A DNA stretch of 64,000 nt, taken from Octopus vulgaris (lineage: Eukaryota). The notes below the pieces were generated by a model. It saw only the letters and a list, made by a program, of their open reading frames with translations. It ran no database searches and was not told the DNA's origin. Positions 13,668 to 26,698 of this stretch are shown one piece after another. The stretch's first letter is position 1. Every line of letters begins with the position of its first letter. Location of the stretch: contig OX597819.1 of NCBI GenBank assembly GCA_951406725.2, positions 120,962,001 to 121,026,000 of the forward strand, in the 5' to 3' direction. A program made the translations under genes and the position numbers.

Positions 13668-14010
13668 AATAATTGAATGAATTATCTTATTAAGGATAAT
13701 TCGAAAGATAACCGATACCTGGGTAGCAAATTCACATCAGAAAGAACACGGTTGAAGCTACGTCCCTAGGGCATAGACTACGTGTCTTCGTGCGGAAATT
13801 TGTATGTTTATTTTTAAATTATAAGTATATGAAAGAATGGAGTTAAACGACTAGTTAACAAATATACTTTATTCTCGACATATGTTTCGAAGGCTGCATA
13901 TTCCTAATTCCGAAGGAATATGGAGTACATTATGCAGATTTCTCGTCAAGAAAATCAAGGAACTTATGTCGACATCAAAATGCACAAAAACTTTTAGCTG
14001 ACCGCTCTCA
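13664..14010 (-). mobile_element. Hammerhead-bearing repeat family H2 flanked by (TA)n
   Basis: Homologous to 44982-45186; contains the ribozyme motif at 13871-13955. Confidence 0.7.
13871..13955 (-). ncRNA. Type-I hammerhead motif with long stem II and GUC cleavage triplet
   Basis: attttc-TTGACGA-gaaatctgcata...tatgcagccttc-GAAA-catatg-TC-gagaat: 6-bp stem I with one G-U, palindromic stem III ACATATGT. Confidence 0.7.
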
Positions 14011-14019
14011 ATACTTATA

Positions 14020-14067
<48 letters not shown>

Positions 14068-14077
14068 ATATATATTT

Positions 14078-14485
14078 GCAGGAGTGGCTGTGTTAAGTAG
14101 TTTGCTTACCAACCATATGGTTCCGGGTTCAGTCCCACTGCGTGGCCTCTTGGGCAAGTGTCTTCTACTATAGCCTCGGGCCGACCAAAGCCTTGTGAGT
14201 GGAATTGGTAGGCAGAAACTGAAAGAAGCCCGTCGGATATATGTATATATGTGTATGTGTATGTGTGTGTATATGTTTATCTGTTTGTCCCCACCCCAAC
14301 ATCGCTTGACAACCGATGCTGGTGTGTTTACGTTCCAGTAACTTAGCGGTTCGGCAAAAGATATCCATAGGTTAAGTAATAGGCTTACAAAGAATAAGTC
14401 CTGGGGTAGATTTGCTCGACTAAAGGCGGTGATCCAGCATGGCCACAGACAAAAAGCTGACACAAGTAAAAGAGTAAAAGAGAGA
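14078..14485 (+). mobile_element. SINE family A, full length
   Basis: A box tggctgtg, B box ggttcagtccc, internal (TA/TG)n tract, tail ggcggtgatccagcatggcc...gtaaaagagtaaaaga. Confidence 0.9.
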
Positions 14486-14791
14486 GAGTAATACACACAC
14501 ACACATAGTAGATATAGACACAGACACAGACATACACGTATATATGCATATTTAATTTCCTCCCGATATTTTCATAAAAGCAAGGTTAGATAGACGCTCA
14601 GTGGAATAGCGTGACTTTGACGGAAGTCTGAAGAAGTGCCTCTCCAATGCCTAAAACCGTACATATTACGTAATGTTTCTTTCAGAATTTTCGCGTGAAC
14701 TGGCGTTGCAAAAGAAGACGGTACGGAAACGTGTAAATAAAAAGTGCAAATGAATTTTCTTTGTCTTCTTCTCTTCATTGGATTACACACA

Positions 14792-14866
<75 letters not shown>

Positions 14867-14867
<1 letters not shown>

Positions 14868-15030
14868 GTGAGAATTTACAAAAAAACAAAAGACGAAGAC
14901 GGTGTGGAAACAACAAAAAGATGTATTAGTTTAACATTCGGGAAGTGAGAAAATCTTTTACGTTTCAAGCCTACGCTCTTCGACAGAAAGGAGAGAAAAT
15001 AGAGAAAGGTATAGCGTCTAGCGATCTATC
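14867..15030 (-). mobile_element. Family H1 copy
   Basis: Minus strand cttt-CTGTCGA-a-gagc gtag gctt-GAAA-cgt-a-aaag at 14954-14990; the 3' end abuts (TA)n. Confidence 0.75.
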
Positions 15031-15067
15031 TATCTCCCTCTCTATCTATTTATCTATGTTATCTATA

Positions 15068-15138
<71 letters not shown>

Positions 15139-15155
15139 ATATCTATCTATCTATC

Positions 15156-15182
<27 letters not shown>

Positions 15183-15186
<4 letters not shown>

Positions 15187-15330
15187 GAAATTTGTAAAAA
15201 AAGCAAGAGACGAAGATAGGTGTATGGACAACAAGCCGATGTATCAGTCTGATGCTCGGGAAAATTAAAAAATCTTTTAAGTTTCGAGCAGACGCTCGTC
15301 AACAGAAAGGAATAAGAGAAAATAAATAGA
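15183..15330 (-). mobile_element. Family H1 copy, diverged
   Basis: tttcgagcagacgctcgtcaacagaaagg on the + strand; the 3' end abuts (TA)n. Confidence 0.65.
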
Positions 15331-16189
15331 GAGAATGAAAAAAAACTAGAACATTTAACGGTGAAGCATGGCGAATGATTAGAAAAAATGTTTGAAAGAA
15401 GAGGTTGAAAGAAAGGGAGATAATAAAGTGCGGATGATCCCAAATGAAAGTTCGCGTGTGTGTGTGTCTGTAAGTCAGAATTGTGTGTGTGAATGTATAA
15501 GTGTGTGTGTGTGTGTGTATGTGTGAACAAACAGTGTCCATGTGTATGGTGTATATATGTGGGCGTAAGTTAACATTGTATTTGTATGTAGCGTGTGTTA
15601 ATACGTGTTGTGTGTGTATGTATATATATAGACTGTGTTCAGGCGTTATGTGCTTGTGCGGGTGTGGGAGGGTGCTAGATGATGTGTGGTGTATGTACTG
15701 TATTACACTCACAAGGCATTGTTCTGCCCGGGGCTGTTGTGGGTGAAATTTGCCCAAAATACCGTACAGCAGAACTGAACACTCAAACCACGTGCTACAA
15801 TGCGAGCTTCTTAATCCTCATACTCATGACTTCGCATATGACCAGAATATAAACATGATGAAAATACAAAAATGTATATTTTGTATTACATATAGGAGAT
15901 ATAGGAGAGAGCCAATCAGATACAAACATTTCGGTAAAGATAGGCAATCACACATCAACTCCAATGGAACAGGATTGTAACAAAAGAAGTTTCTTTGCAT
16001 GACTGTTTGTTGTTTTGGAGACAATATACCCATGAATTTTTTTTTAGTGGTTAGCTGTGACTCGAGAATGATTTGGTTGATATTTCTAGCAGGCTGAATG
16101 CTTTCATTAACGCTATCTCGTTGATTGGTTGATTGGTAAGACGTTTTTGCATTGATAGAGGAGTGAGGTAATTATCTTTTATCTTTTGC

Positions 16190-16512
16190 ATGGCACGTTG
16201 GGCACGTGTCTTCTGCTATAACCTCTTGCCGACCGAAACCTTGTTAGTGGATTTGCCAGACGGAAACTGAAAGAAGCCCGTCATGTATATATGTACGCAT
16301 TTATGCGTGTCTTTGTGTCTGTGTTTGCGCCACCATCGCTTGACAACAGATATTCGTGTTTTTACGTGCCCGTAACTTAGCGATTTGTCAGAAGGCACTG
16401 ATAGAATAAGTACCAACCTTACAACGAAAAATTTCTGGAGTTGATTTCTTCGACCAAAAGGCTCTGCTCCAGCCTGGCTCCAGTCAAATGACTGAAACAA
16501 GTAAAGAAATAA
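16190..16512 (+). mobile_element. SINE family A, diverged and 5'-truncated
   Basis: gacggaaactgaaagaagcccgtc...cagtcaaatgactgaaacaagtaaaga. Confidence 0.8.
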
Positions 16513-17088
16513 GCAAGAATATTCCCCTCTCAAATTCACTGACAATGCAGCTGTTTTTCGAAGCCCAGTAAAAGAACGCGAAACGTTGGACCCCCACCCC
16601 AGCCTGATCTTTCACGACACCCTTAAATGCAGGCACTTTTCAGTACCTACTCGCATATAAACACATAAATACAAGCACAGCACATTCGCAGACATATTGT
16701 TTTGTATAAATACACCTGTGGGTATTTCACCGTGCATGTACACCTGTAAATATGCGAAAACTTTGGTGATTCTACCTAAGATCTAAAAATATAAAGTATA
16801 TGGAGAGAATGTAAGTTAATCCAAATGTTTATGCATATGAAATGTTATCTTTTAATATGAACACTTTGAATTCTTGCTGTAAAGGTGGGGCGGGTATTTA
16901 AGGCATCTGAGGCGGGTGTTGCAGAATATCTGAAATTGAGAAGGAATTTAGAAAATACCACTGAAGAACTACACGTTGAAGCTTAGAAACCTGTTGTATA
17001 TATTTATTACTCCGCTTAAAGACTGCATTTATAACGAGAGAGAGAGAGAGAGAGAAAGTATGTGTGAGAGAATGTATATGTGTATGTA

Positions 17089-17128
<40 letters not shown>

Positions 17129-17584
17129 TGCACCGAGATGGAGAGAGAGGGAGTGAGGTGTAAGAGTTATGGAAAAGGCGATTGTTACAAGTATTAAAGT
17201 TTTAAGTGTAACAGAAGGGGGAAAACAGCAAAAGCAAAAATTCCGATGGATCGATACTGACACGTAAACATACGAAAGCTTGCACAAATATACACGTAGA
17301 CACGTGCATACATACATATATACATGCATACATGCACACACGTACACACACACACGTGCATGTGCATACATATAATTTAATATAAAGAGTATTTGAACTC
17401 GAGTAACTGGAAAACAATATACAGCAAATATATCTTTGTTGATCTCACTTATAATAGAACATTAAATCACACACACACACGCGCGCACACACACAGATAT
17501 ATGCATATTTCTTCCGGTCATTTCAACATATTAAACCCTTAATCCCTACACATTCTTTCCTCTCTCCATTTTTCGTTGTCTGTC

Positions 17585-17729
17585 AGCATTTTTTTCCCTC
17601 TCATCCCTTTCTAACGAAGAGTGTAGGCTCGAAATATTCACGACTTTTCCATCATTCCCGAGCTTTAAGCTAATACACCTGCTAGTTGTTCCCTACCTTT
17701 CTAAGTCTTTTGGTTTCTGCACATTTGAA

Positions 17730-17732
<3 letters not shown>
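17585..17732 (+). mobile_element. Family H1 copy, diverged
   Basis: cttt-ctaacga-a-gagt gtag gctc-gaaa; ends on (TA)n. Confidence 0.6.
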
Positions 17733-17765
<33 letters not shown>

Positions 17766-18030
17766 TCCTGAATTGAACTGCGACTGCCAGCCGCCACTGA
17801 CCATTCAAAATACGACCATCAGGGCACTCCCAAATTCTCCCACCCCCTTTCCTCATCAGCCTTCTTCCTCTACTACCCTACCAAGAACTCACAACGACCT
17901 CCAACACACAAGTGCAAACAAGGGAGTCAGAGAAAGGCAGAATGCCACTTATATCTGAACACTACTATAGAAATATTCCTTTAAAAAAACTTTTCTTCTA
18001 ATTTTTCTAAATTTAATTATTTAATCGTTA

Positions 18031-18068
18031 CAGTTGAAAAGGTCTCAAAATGACCGAAACCGGTACTG
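18031..18068 (+). ncRNA. Minimal type-I hammerhead motif with U3-A8 core
   Basis: cag-TTGAAAA-ggtc tcaaaat gacc-GAAA-ccgg-TA-ctg: paired stems I and II, palindromic stem III ACCGGT. Confidence 0.7.
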
Positions 18069-18271
18069 AAAGATTCACTATAAAATTATCTTAGCATTTT
18101 CTATTTTTGACTTGTTTTTTCATATATATATATATAGTAGTTGCCTTCTGGCTGCTATTTTTAGCCTACCGGTGGTACCTGTAGCACACTTAGTTATTAG
18201 TTAACAATTTGTTTTTACCTCATGATATTTTTTACGCATGCTATGCCACATGATATTACTGTATGCTATAA

Positions 18272-18524
18272 TCTTAACATATAAATCCGTTCTGTCTGTT
18301 TGTGCGTTTATAACTCATGTATTGTTCATCCGATCGCGCTGAAATTTTAAACATGGATACATGAGAGAGCGTATGCATGTTGCTTAGTCGAATTAGCCCA
18401 TAATTTACTCCACAAACGTTGCCAATGCTGCACTTTCTCATATCACCTGTTTCAACATAACTGTAATACATTATATGCAAACTAAGCTATTTTAATCCAG
18501 AGCAGCACCCGGTATCTCTGCTAG
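18272..18524 (+). mobile_element. Non-autonomous Helitron, diverged
   Basis: 5' TC after A, ctgtctgtt run near the 5' end, degenerate 3' hairpin and CTAG followed by T; similar organisation to 51597-52053. Confidence 0.6.
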
Positions 18525-18541
18525 TATCCTTATATATATTT

Positions 18542-18755
<214 letters not shown>

Positions 18756-20467
18756 TACATATATATGAATTCATATTCATACCAATAATAATTGGAGCAC
18801 TAGGTTTTGGTTAGTAAATGCTTAAAGAAGAATCTGGATAAACTGGGATTTTCAGGAAGTGACCGGTTAATTTGTACATTACAACGCTAATCTGTGAGTG
18901 GAACAGTAAAAATTTGCAAGACTTTTCTTAAGTTTCGAATGTGAATTTATTTGTGTTAACTACATCCCAAAGAGAGACCCTTGTGTCTTTGTTGGAAACC
19001 GGTTCCCTACTTAGTGTAAGATTTATAACAATTGAAAAGTAGAAGAGACATATATACGTACATACATAATTTGCTGTTCCATTATTGGTTTGGATCAACA
19101 GATTTTTACTTCAATATTCATGTGGACCGAGCTTTTAAAAATAAAATATACCATATAATTTAACTCATACGTTGAGCAATGCAGTCGTCGCCACCACAAT
19201 TATCATAAGTACAAACAAACGCTGTCACACAAACAAATACACACCATCAGCTGCAGCATCACCATTTACCATTATCTTCTCTTTTGTTCACTCTTCGTCT
19301 TTTTTTTTTTCCTTTCAATCTGATTTTCTCTCTTTCTCTTTTCGCACATGTTTTGTCTCTATTTCGCTCATATGAATGCTTATATGAATGCTAATCGCTT
19401 CTCTCCTTCACCCTCTCTCTCTCTATGTATCTTTCTAAATTCTTTCCTTCCTCTGTATCTTTCTAAATTCCTTCCTTCCTCTGTATCTTTCTCCATGCAC
19501 CATTATCAACACCAACATCCTCGTGGCTGCCCTCGCCACCCCCAATAGAATTACTGAGCTGTTTTATTATTATTCTGTTCACTAACTATTGTGTCTTTTC
19601 CTAATACAATAAATAGTTAGTTAGTGAGATATGTAAGAATGTATGCATGTCTGAATGTAAGTATGTTTGTATGTATGTATGTATATTTGTATGTATGTAT
19701 GTACGTCATTGTTCAGTTTTATTTCAAGATTTCTTGCCAATAGAGAAAGAGCCGGTTTCTAACCCAGATCCAAGGCTCCTTCATTGGAATTTCAAAATCA
19801 AGAAGGTATATTTGTATGTATGTATGTATGTATGTATATGTGCCGATATATGTTTTGTTTTGTGCATGTATGTATGCATGTATGTATATAATATGCACTT
19901 ATGTATATATGCAGCATTTGGAACCAGTGCATGTGCAGATTTGTACGTTTTGTTTTATGTATGTATTGTAATGCATATAATTGCATATCTAAACATGTTC
20001 ATATATATTCAAATGATAAACGTCTGGAAAGATTTACAGATTTGTACAATTCCAGCGATGGCATGGATCTGTAGTCTTCGAACCAGCTTTCTATATGTAT
20101 ATATGCATGTATGTATGTATTTATATATGTATGTATGTAGGTAGCTAGGTTGGTAGAAACGTACTATTATATTTACATTGAGTTCATTTTGTGAGTACGT
20201 ATGTGCGTGAGCCTGTAGCCTTAAATTTCTAAATAACTTTAAGGTTTTAGATGTTTTCCTACCCAGAGGACTTATTCGAAATTGAGTATATATATATACT
20301 TTGGGTATGGTAGATGAGTTCAACAAAAATTTAGATTCACAGAGTAGCTTCTATGCTGGAGTGAACGCAGCAGGTTCTTTGTCTATCTCATCAACTTCTG
20401 GGAGATTTTAGGTATAATTATACTAATGTGTCCATCTATTCTAATTTAAATGAATTCTATGTCTTTG

Positions 20468-20554
20468 TGCAGTTGAGGATTCCTCTGCATTTTACATTGA
20501 TGTAATGAGTGCATTGTTCAATTAAATGGAGTGGCATGAAACGGTCGTACTGCA
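20468..20554 (+). ncRNA. Hammerhead motif, family H3
   Basis: tgcag-TTGAGGA-ttcct...ggcat-GAAA-cggtcg-TA-ctgca; about 30 nt downstream is (TA)n; homologous to 26475-26558. Confidence 0.65.
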
Positions 20555-20585
20555 TTACCTGTGGATATCCTTGTTGTTTATTTTG

Positions 20586-20656
<71 letters not shown>

Positions 20657-20783
20657 TATATATGAAGCTATGTATATGTATATACATACATTTGTATATA
20701 TGTATATATGTGTACATAGATATATATATATGTTTAGGTAGATAAATTGATTGACAGATAGATAGGTACAGATATACAAATTT

Positions 20784-20835
<52 letters not shown>

Positions 20836-21884
20836 TTGGTGAGAGCATAAATTTGGACGTCATAACAATTTCACATTTAAAATGTATATCTTCTAAAGGT
20901 TAATTGTTTAAAGACATCATGGAAAATAGACTGCGACCTGTTGTTTCATTATTTCACAGTAAAATATCTTTGTATATTCGAATTATTTATATTTCATCCA
21001 CTGAAATCAGACACATCATATTTATATAATCTTAAAATATATGTTAAATTTTATAAGCTAGAATTAATCCGTAAAAAAATTAAATTACATTTGAAATTAA
21101 ATTTATCTATGAACTATTTCATTCAAAATATGTCCACTGCAATGGCGTATATAAAACTTGCAACGCTTGTGAAGTTCTGGAAAAAATTCTTGTAGATATT
21201 CAGTTATATCCTGAATCTAATTAGGTAAATTACTCAATCAATTATATATAATCTGATTTACTTGAATATACAAATTCGTTTGCAAGTCTCTATAAAATAA
21301 AGCTGATATAATTTTACAATTAATAATTTATTTTAAAATTATTAATCAGTGACAATTGTTTGGTTTTATGTTTCTTTCTCTTACGGTTTTTGATTGACAA
21401 CAAAAAATGGAGATTTAAATGTGTCTAATTGTTTTATCCGTTTCTAATAGTAGAAATAATATTACATAAAATTTAAATTTTAGAATAAATCTTATATGTG
21501 GATTTTAATGACCCTTATGCATGTGAGTGTGTACGTGCATACATACATACATACATACATACATACAAACATACATATATACATATATATATTTATTAAC
21601 ATACATATGTTTATGTGTATGTTTGTATATATATGTAAGTCTAATTATATATATATGTGTGAATGTATATGTGTATGTGAGTGGTCGGATGTGTGTTTGT
21701 GTGCTTCAGAATACGCTTGTATGCATACATACATATATAAAAATCCATATATATGAATACACGTATTCATGTGCTTCTATCCTTGTATCTCTCTTTGGTC
21801 TGTGTACATATATTCTCTATATATCATATATATCTATATTCATCTACCCCTCTTTATACAGATATTTATATCTATCTATATCTA

Positions 21885-21925
<41 letters not shown>

Positions 21926-21929
21926 GCGT

Positions 21930-21974
<45 letters not shown>

Positions 21975-22195
21975 TCTATCTTATATATATAGATAGATGG
22001 CTAGATAGATAGAGAGATATACACTCACACACATATATATGTCTTTGAGTGTGGAATGCATAAATTAATTTTAACATTCCTATTTGAAAAAATCAGAGAA
22101 AGAAAGTAATGGTAACTCAACAGTATTTATTAGAAAACATACGTAAACACAAAATCTTAGAAGTGTTCTATTAGTAGCACACAACCAAGCAACCA

Positions 22196-22247
<52 letters not shown>

Positions 22248-22268
22248 ACACATACTCTTACACACACA

Positions 22269-22321
<53 letters not shown>

Positions 22322-22602
22322 TGATTACCATTTGTTTCATATTTTACAGAATCATTTGACTGCAATAACTCTCGAGACATCTGAAGAATTCAAAACTGAC
22401 CTTTCAGTGTTCTTCTCTTCGAAACCGAATGAAGTTTTTTTCACTAATGGGATTAAAAAGCTGTCGAGTAGCTGAAAAGATATCATAGATAATCACGGAA
22501 ACTACATTGGTTATTAAGCTTCATAAAAATGTAAGATTTGCTCACTTGTTTTCCATAATTTAATATCCGAACATTACTTATGAGATGACCTGATACACAC
22601 AC

Positions 22603-22656
<54 letters not shown>

Positions 22657-25600
22657 GCACGCATGCATCATACAAGAACGTTGGCCTTATGGGTTCTTTC
22701 CTCTGCTGAGAGTTTCTCAATCGTAGGAGATGACTCTATCTTGCATTTCCGGTACTTTTTCTTTTTTTTTTTCTTGATTTTTCCATTGAATCCGTTTGCC
22801 AATCCTTTGCAGCTATATTTTCTGTAATGTCAAATTTTTATCATACGGGACTTGCAATCTTTTACAAAGAATTTTAATGCTTGCGTCTTTTACAATTGTA
22901 CGTGAAGTAATCATTGATGTCAATGTCTGTTTATGAAAAAAAAATAAAACAAGGACAAATAGGCTTCATTCTATTTGTGACAACATTTGACAATGACGAA
23001 AATAAAGTTGACGACAACGTAATCGAGATTGACGATAAGGAAAGTGAGCTTCACTTTGATGAAATTGAAATTGATACTGATGAGGATGCGGTTGAGAGTT
23101 TGAGGGATAAACTCTGTATATTAGTGTTTCAGAATAAAGAACATTAACGGAATAACAGAACATAAACTTGTCCCTGTTATAGCAGTTTCATATTTTATAG
23201 ACACTATAACTTAGGAGGTTACGCTACGAGTGAAAGTTTTCAATTAAATTTACCAAACTATGTACAAAACAGTTAAGTTCAGGAACACATAATCAATGCT
23301 TAGAAAATGAAAAGAAGGAAAGCAAGATCAGGCATATTAAAGAATGTAATGTTTGGTATTAATTAATGTTAGTAACTAAGTGTAACTAACCAATGATGGG
23401 AGATAACTCCGGACCGGCTTGGTTGTTTTGTTTCTTTTTCAGAAATCTTTAGACAATTACAGGAATATTGTAACTTCTAATTTATTAACATTCGAATCCC
23501 TGAATAGACACGCATGTAATTATTTATGGGTATAGTGTAGAATAAATACATTAATGGATAAATTAGATTATTCTGGGACATTATGGCAATATCCGTATGA
23601 TAATAAGATAGTTAAGTGGATAAAGGCATACGCAATACTTAGAAGATTAAACAGCCCCACAGTAAGACGAGTTACGCGTGTAAAAAAAAATCCTATTATT
23701 TGATGACTAAATAGTATAATTATCTCAACAAATTCTGCAGACAAATACAGACCAAATTCTCTCGGTATTAGCTTTCTATGCAATCATTCTTATTATCTGT
23801 TTGTCGCGTGGGGAGATTAAAGAGTTCAGGTAAAAAGTAGATAAAGATATTGTTAATTTAAGAAATAATTGAAATGTAGGATGAAAACGCTGTTGCTTGT
23901 GATTGGCAGGAGACTAGTGTATGCTTTGAATAGAGCTAGTAGGTTTTGTTATCCTTTTTCTCGAGTTCAAGTTAACGCTGAGATAGCTTTTAAACGTTTG
24001 ACATTGTTGGTCATAAAAACATATTCATCATAAGTGCAGCCATTATTAATACATTCGTATTATATAGGCAAGATGGCATATATTACTACATTCAAAATCT
24101 CATACATGTATAGACAAAAATTATATATTTTCATGTGTCTACATGTGGGTTTGTGTGTATTAATGATAAAAATTCTATATACGTGCTTGTATACACCCAC
24201 ACAGGTTCATTGTATTTATAAAGTCGTTAAGATTGTATATTTTGGGAGTTAGCAGTTGAATTATATCACAGCTCGGCCCCATGATAGCTAAACATAAATA
24301 CATACATATATCTATATATACATACATACACATATATACATAAACATATACAAATATATAAGTGTATTATACCTCTATATTATATACATACCTATATGTG
24401 AATTTATGTGTGTCTGTATACATGAATGTATGTTCAAGTATATACAAATGTATTGTTATTTGTATCAAAAAGCTTGTTCATTATATTTCAGCATTACTTA
24501 TATATAATCTAAAAAAGCACCCACAAAAAATCAGGTGATACAAGCAACATCTAACTTTAATAATCACTGAGTTTATTCAAAGTATTCACGATAGTAAATG
24601 CTTGTGTATAGCGTGCAATAACTAGCGTTGGCGTTCGACATTATATCCAGACGTAAGGCTAAAAATTAATTAAGTATTTATTGTAGTCTACAGGTTAAAC
24701 TTCACTACTTAGTGAAACTTATCGAAACCAAAGATTATGCATCCACAAGTGTTTGTGTTCGTATGCGTGTAAATGATGCGCGCTATCTGCTTGGTTTCAA
24801 TGTTCTACTTTGAAGCTAATAGACTTCAGGTTTCACTTTGAAAAAACAAAAACAAAAAAAAAGCCAGTGGCAATGTTTATCACATAAACTTTATAGAATA
24901 TCATTTTTTTTTATTTAATAGACATTCTCAGATAGAATTCAATGCTTTGTATAGGTAAGAAGCGTAGACATTATACAGCTATGTATTAAATATGCTCCGA
25001 TAGAGACGGATGCGCATCACTAGGATGATGTAGAAACATTTAGATTAAGATTTTTACATAATAAATTAAATTTAAAATTACTGTAAAAGATACGTATTTT
25101 TTTTTTCAATACATCGCAGAAACAAGTAATTAAATATTAGAAAACAAGTGAAAACAAAGTTCTTTTCGTTTCTTTCTTCTTCTTTCTCTTTTGTTCTTTT
25201 TCACATTGCTGAAAAGAAACCATAGCAAATTGAAGAACAGGTTTCGATTTCAGTTGAAATGTAGAAATTTTTGCGTTCAGCACTGGAGAACTGTATTTCT
25301 TTGCGGCTATACAAGAACCATATGTATGTGTATGCTAGAGTCTGCAACGATGTTTGGAGTAAAAGTTATATGGTATACAGGTGGATTTGAGTTCGTCCCC
25401 TGTTTAATTGTAACCAAATGTTCGATACACATCATATGTATATATTATAAATATATTATTCAAAATAGTTTGGTTCGGTTCTGTGCTACTTCCCGCGTTT
25501 CCAGAAGTCTGGAGGAGTTGGGCTTAGGTTAAAGCCCTGAGTAATTTGAAGTAGCAGGGAACCAAATAAATTCGTTTTAAATAATACATGTAACACCTAC

Positions 25601-25764
25601 TAAATGTGGTGAGTGTCTTTTCCTTTCGTTTGCCCATACACTATTATATGTATATGTACTTTACTTTATACTTTGATAGGTTTCGGCCATTATTGGCCCA
25701 GGCCATGTCTAACTTAATAGCACCACCTGGTGTATATATATATATTTTTATTTTATTTTCTTTT

Positions 25765-25831
25765 TTATTTTATTTAGTTTCAGCTCACAAGCTGTGGCCA
25801 TGCTAGGGCACCGCCATTTTGCTGGGGCACC

Positions 25832-25835
<4 letters not shown>
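25765..25835 (-). mobile_element. Isolated LINE/SINE 3' tail
   Basis: Minus strand ggcggtgccctagcatggccacagcttgtgagctgaaactaaataaa, matching the 3' end at 10210-10250 and the family A tail. Confidence 0.6.
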
Positions 25836-25885
<50 letters not shown>

Positions 25886-25988
25886 CATATATACAAATAT
25901 ACTAATAATTTTTTACATATACACATATATACACATATATATATACATATACATACATTCATATGCATACATACATACTTACATACAT

Positions 25989-26046
<58 letters not shown>

Positions 26047-26074
26047 CTGAGTGGCACTAAAGAAATAAATATTT

Positions 26075-26293
26075 AAGTCGGCGTGCTGGGAGAGTCATTA
26101 GCCCGCTTGACAAAATGTTTAGCGGTATTTCGCCGATCGCTACGTTTTGAGTTCAAATTCCGCCGAGGTACAACTTTTGCTATCGTCCTTTCGGGGACGG
26201 TAAATTAAATACCAGTGAAACACTGTTATCAATATAAACAACTAGCCCCCTCCCACAAAACGTGAGGCCTTTTGCTGCCGCTAAAAAGGATTA
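26075..26293 (+). mobile_element. SINE family B, diverged
   Basis: gagttcaaattccgccgagg...ttcgggg. Confidence 0.8.
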
Positions 26294-26394
26294 TTTTTTA
26301 TATTTATATTTTCACACACACACACATATATATATTCATTTATTCATTCATTCATTCATACATACATACATACATACATACATACATACATACA

Positions 26395-26426
<32 letters not shown>

Positions 26427-26474
26427 CATATATATATATAATCAAAGTAAGCAACATGAATATCTTCGATAATT

Positions 26475-26558
26475 TGGTACGATCGTTTCATGCTACATCA
26501 TTTTATTAAACGTTGTAAGTATTATATCAGTTTTAAAATGTTGAGCAATCTTCAGCCA
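26475..26558 (-). ncRNA. Hammerhead motif, family H3, canonical CUGAAGA core
   Basis: tgg-CTGAAGA-ttgctcaacatttta...taaaatgatgtagcat-GAAA-cgatcg-TA-cca; palindromic stem III ACGATCGT. Confidence 0.7.
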
Positions 26559-26698
26559 TTCATAGGGGTTTTCCATCAATACATATACTTATTTCCATGT
26601 CCATTGCTAACATTATAAAGAGGGTAGATATACAGACAGAGAGCTTGATTTGATTGTTAAGAACATTATAGCGTTAGAATTTATCTTCTGAATATATA

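Noticed and set aside
22378-22432. ctgaaga...gaaa hammerhead-like motif
   Set aside because: No paired stem II and no UH cleavage site after the GAAA; likely chance.
22914-23147. Acidic 77-aa ORF as a host exon
   Set aside because: Low complexity, no recognisable domain and no convincing splice context; may be a transposon remnant.
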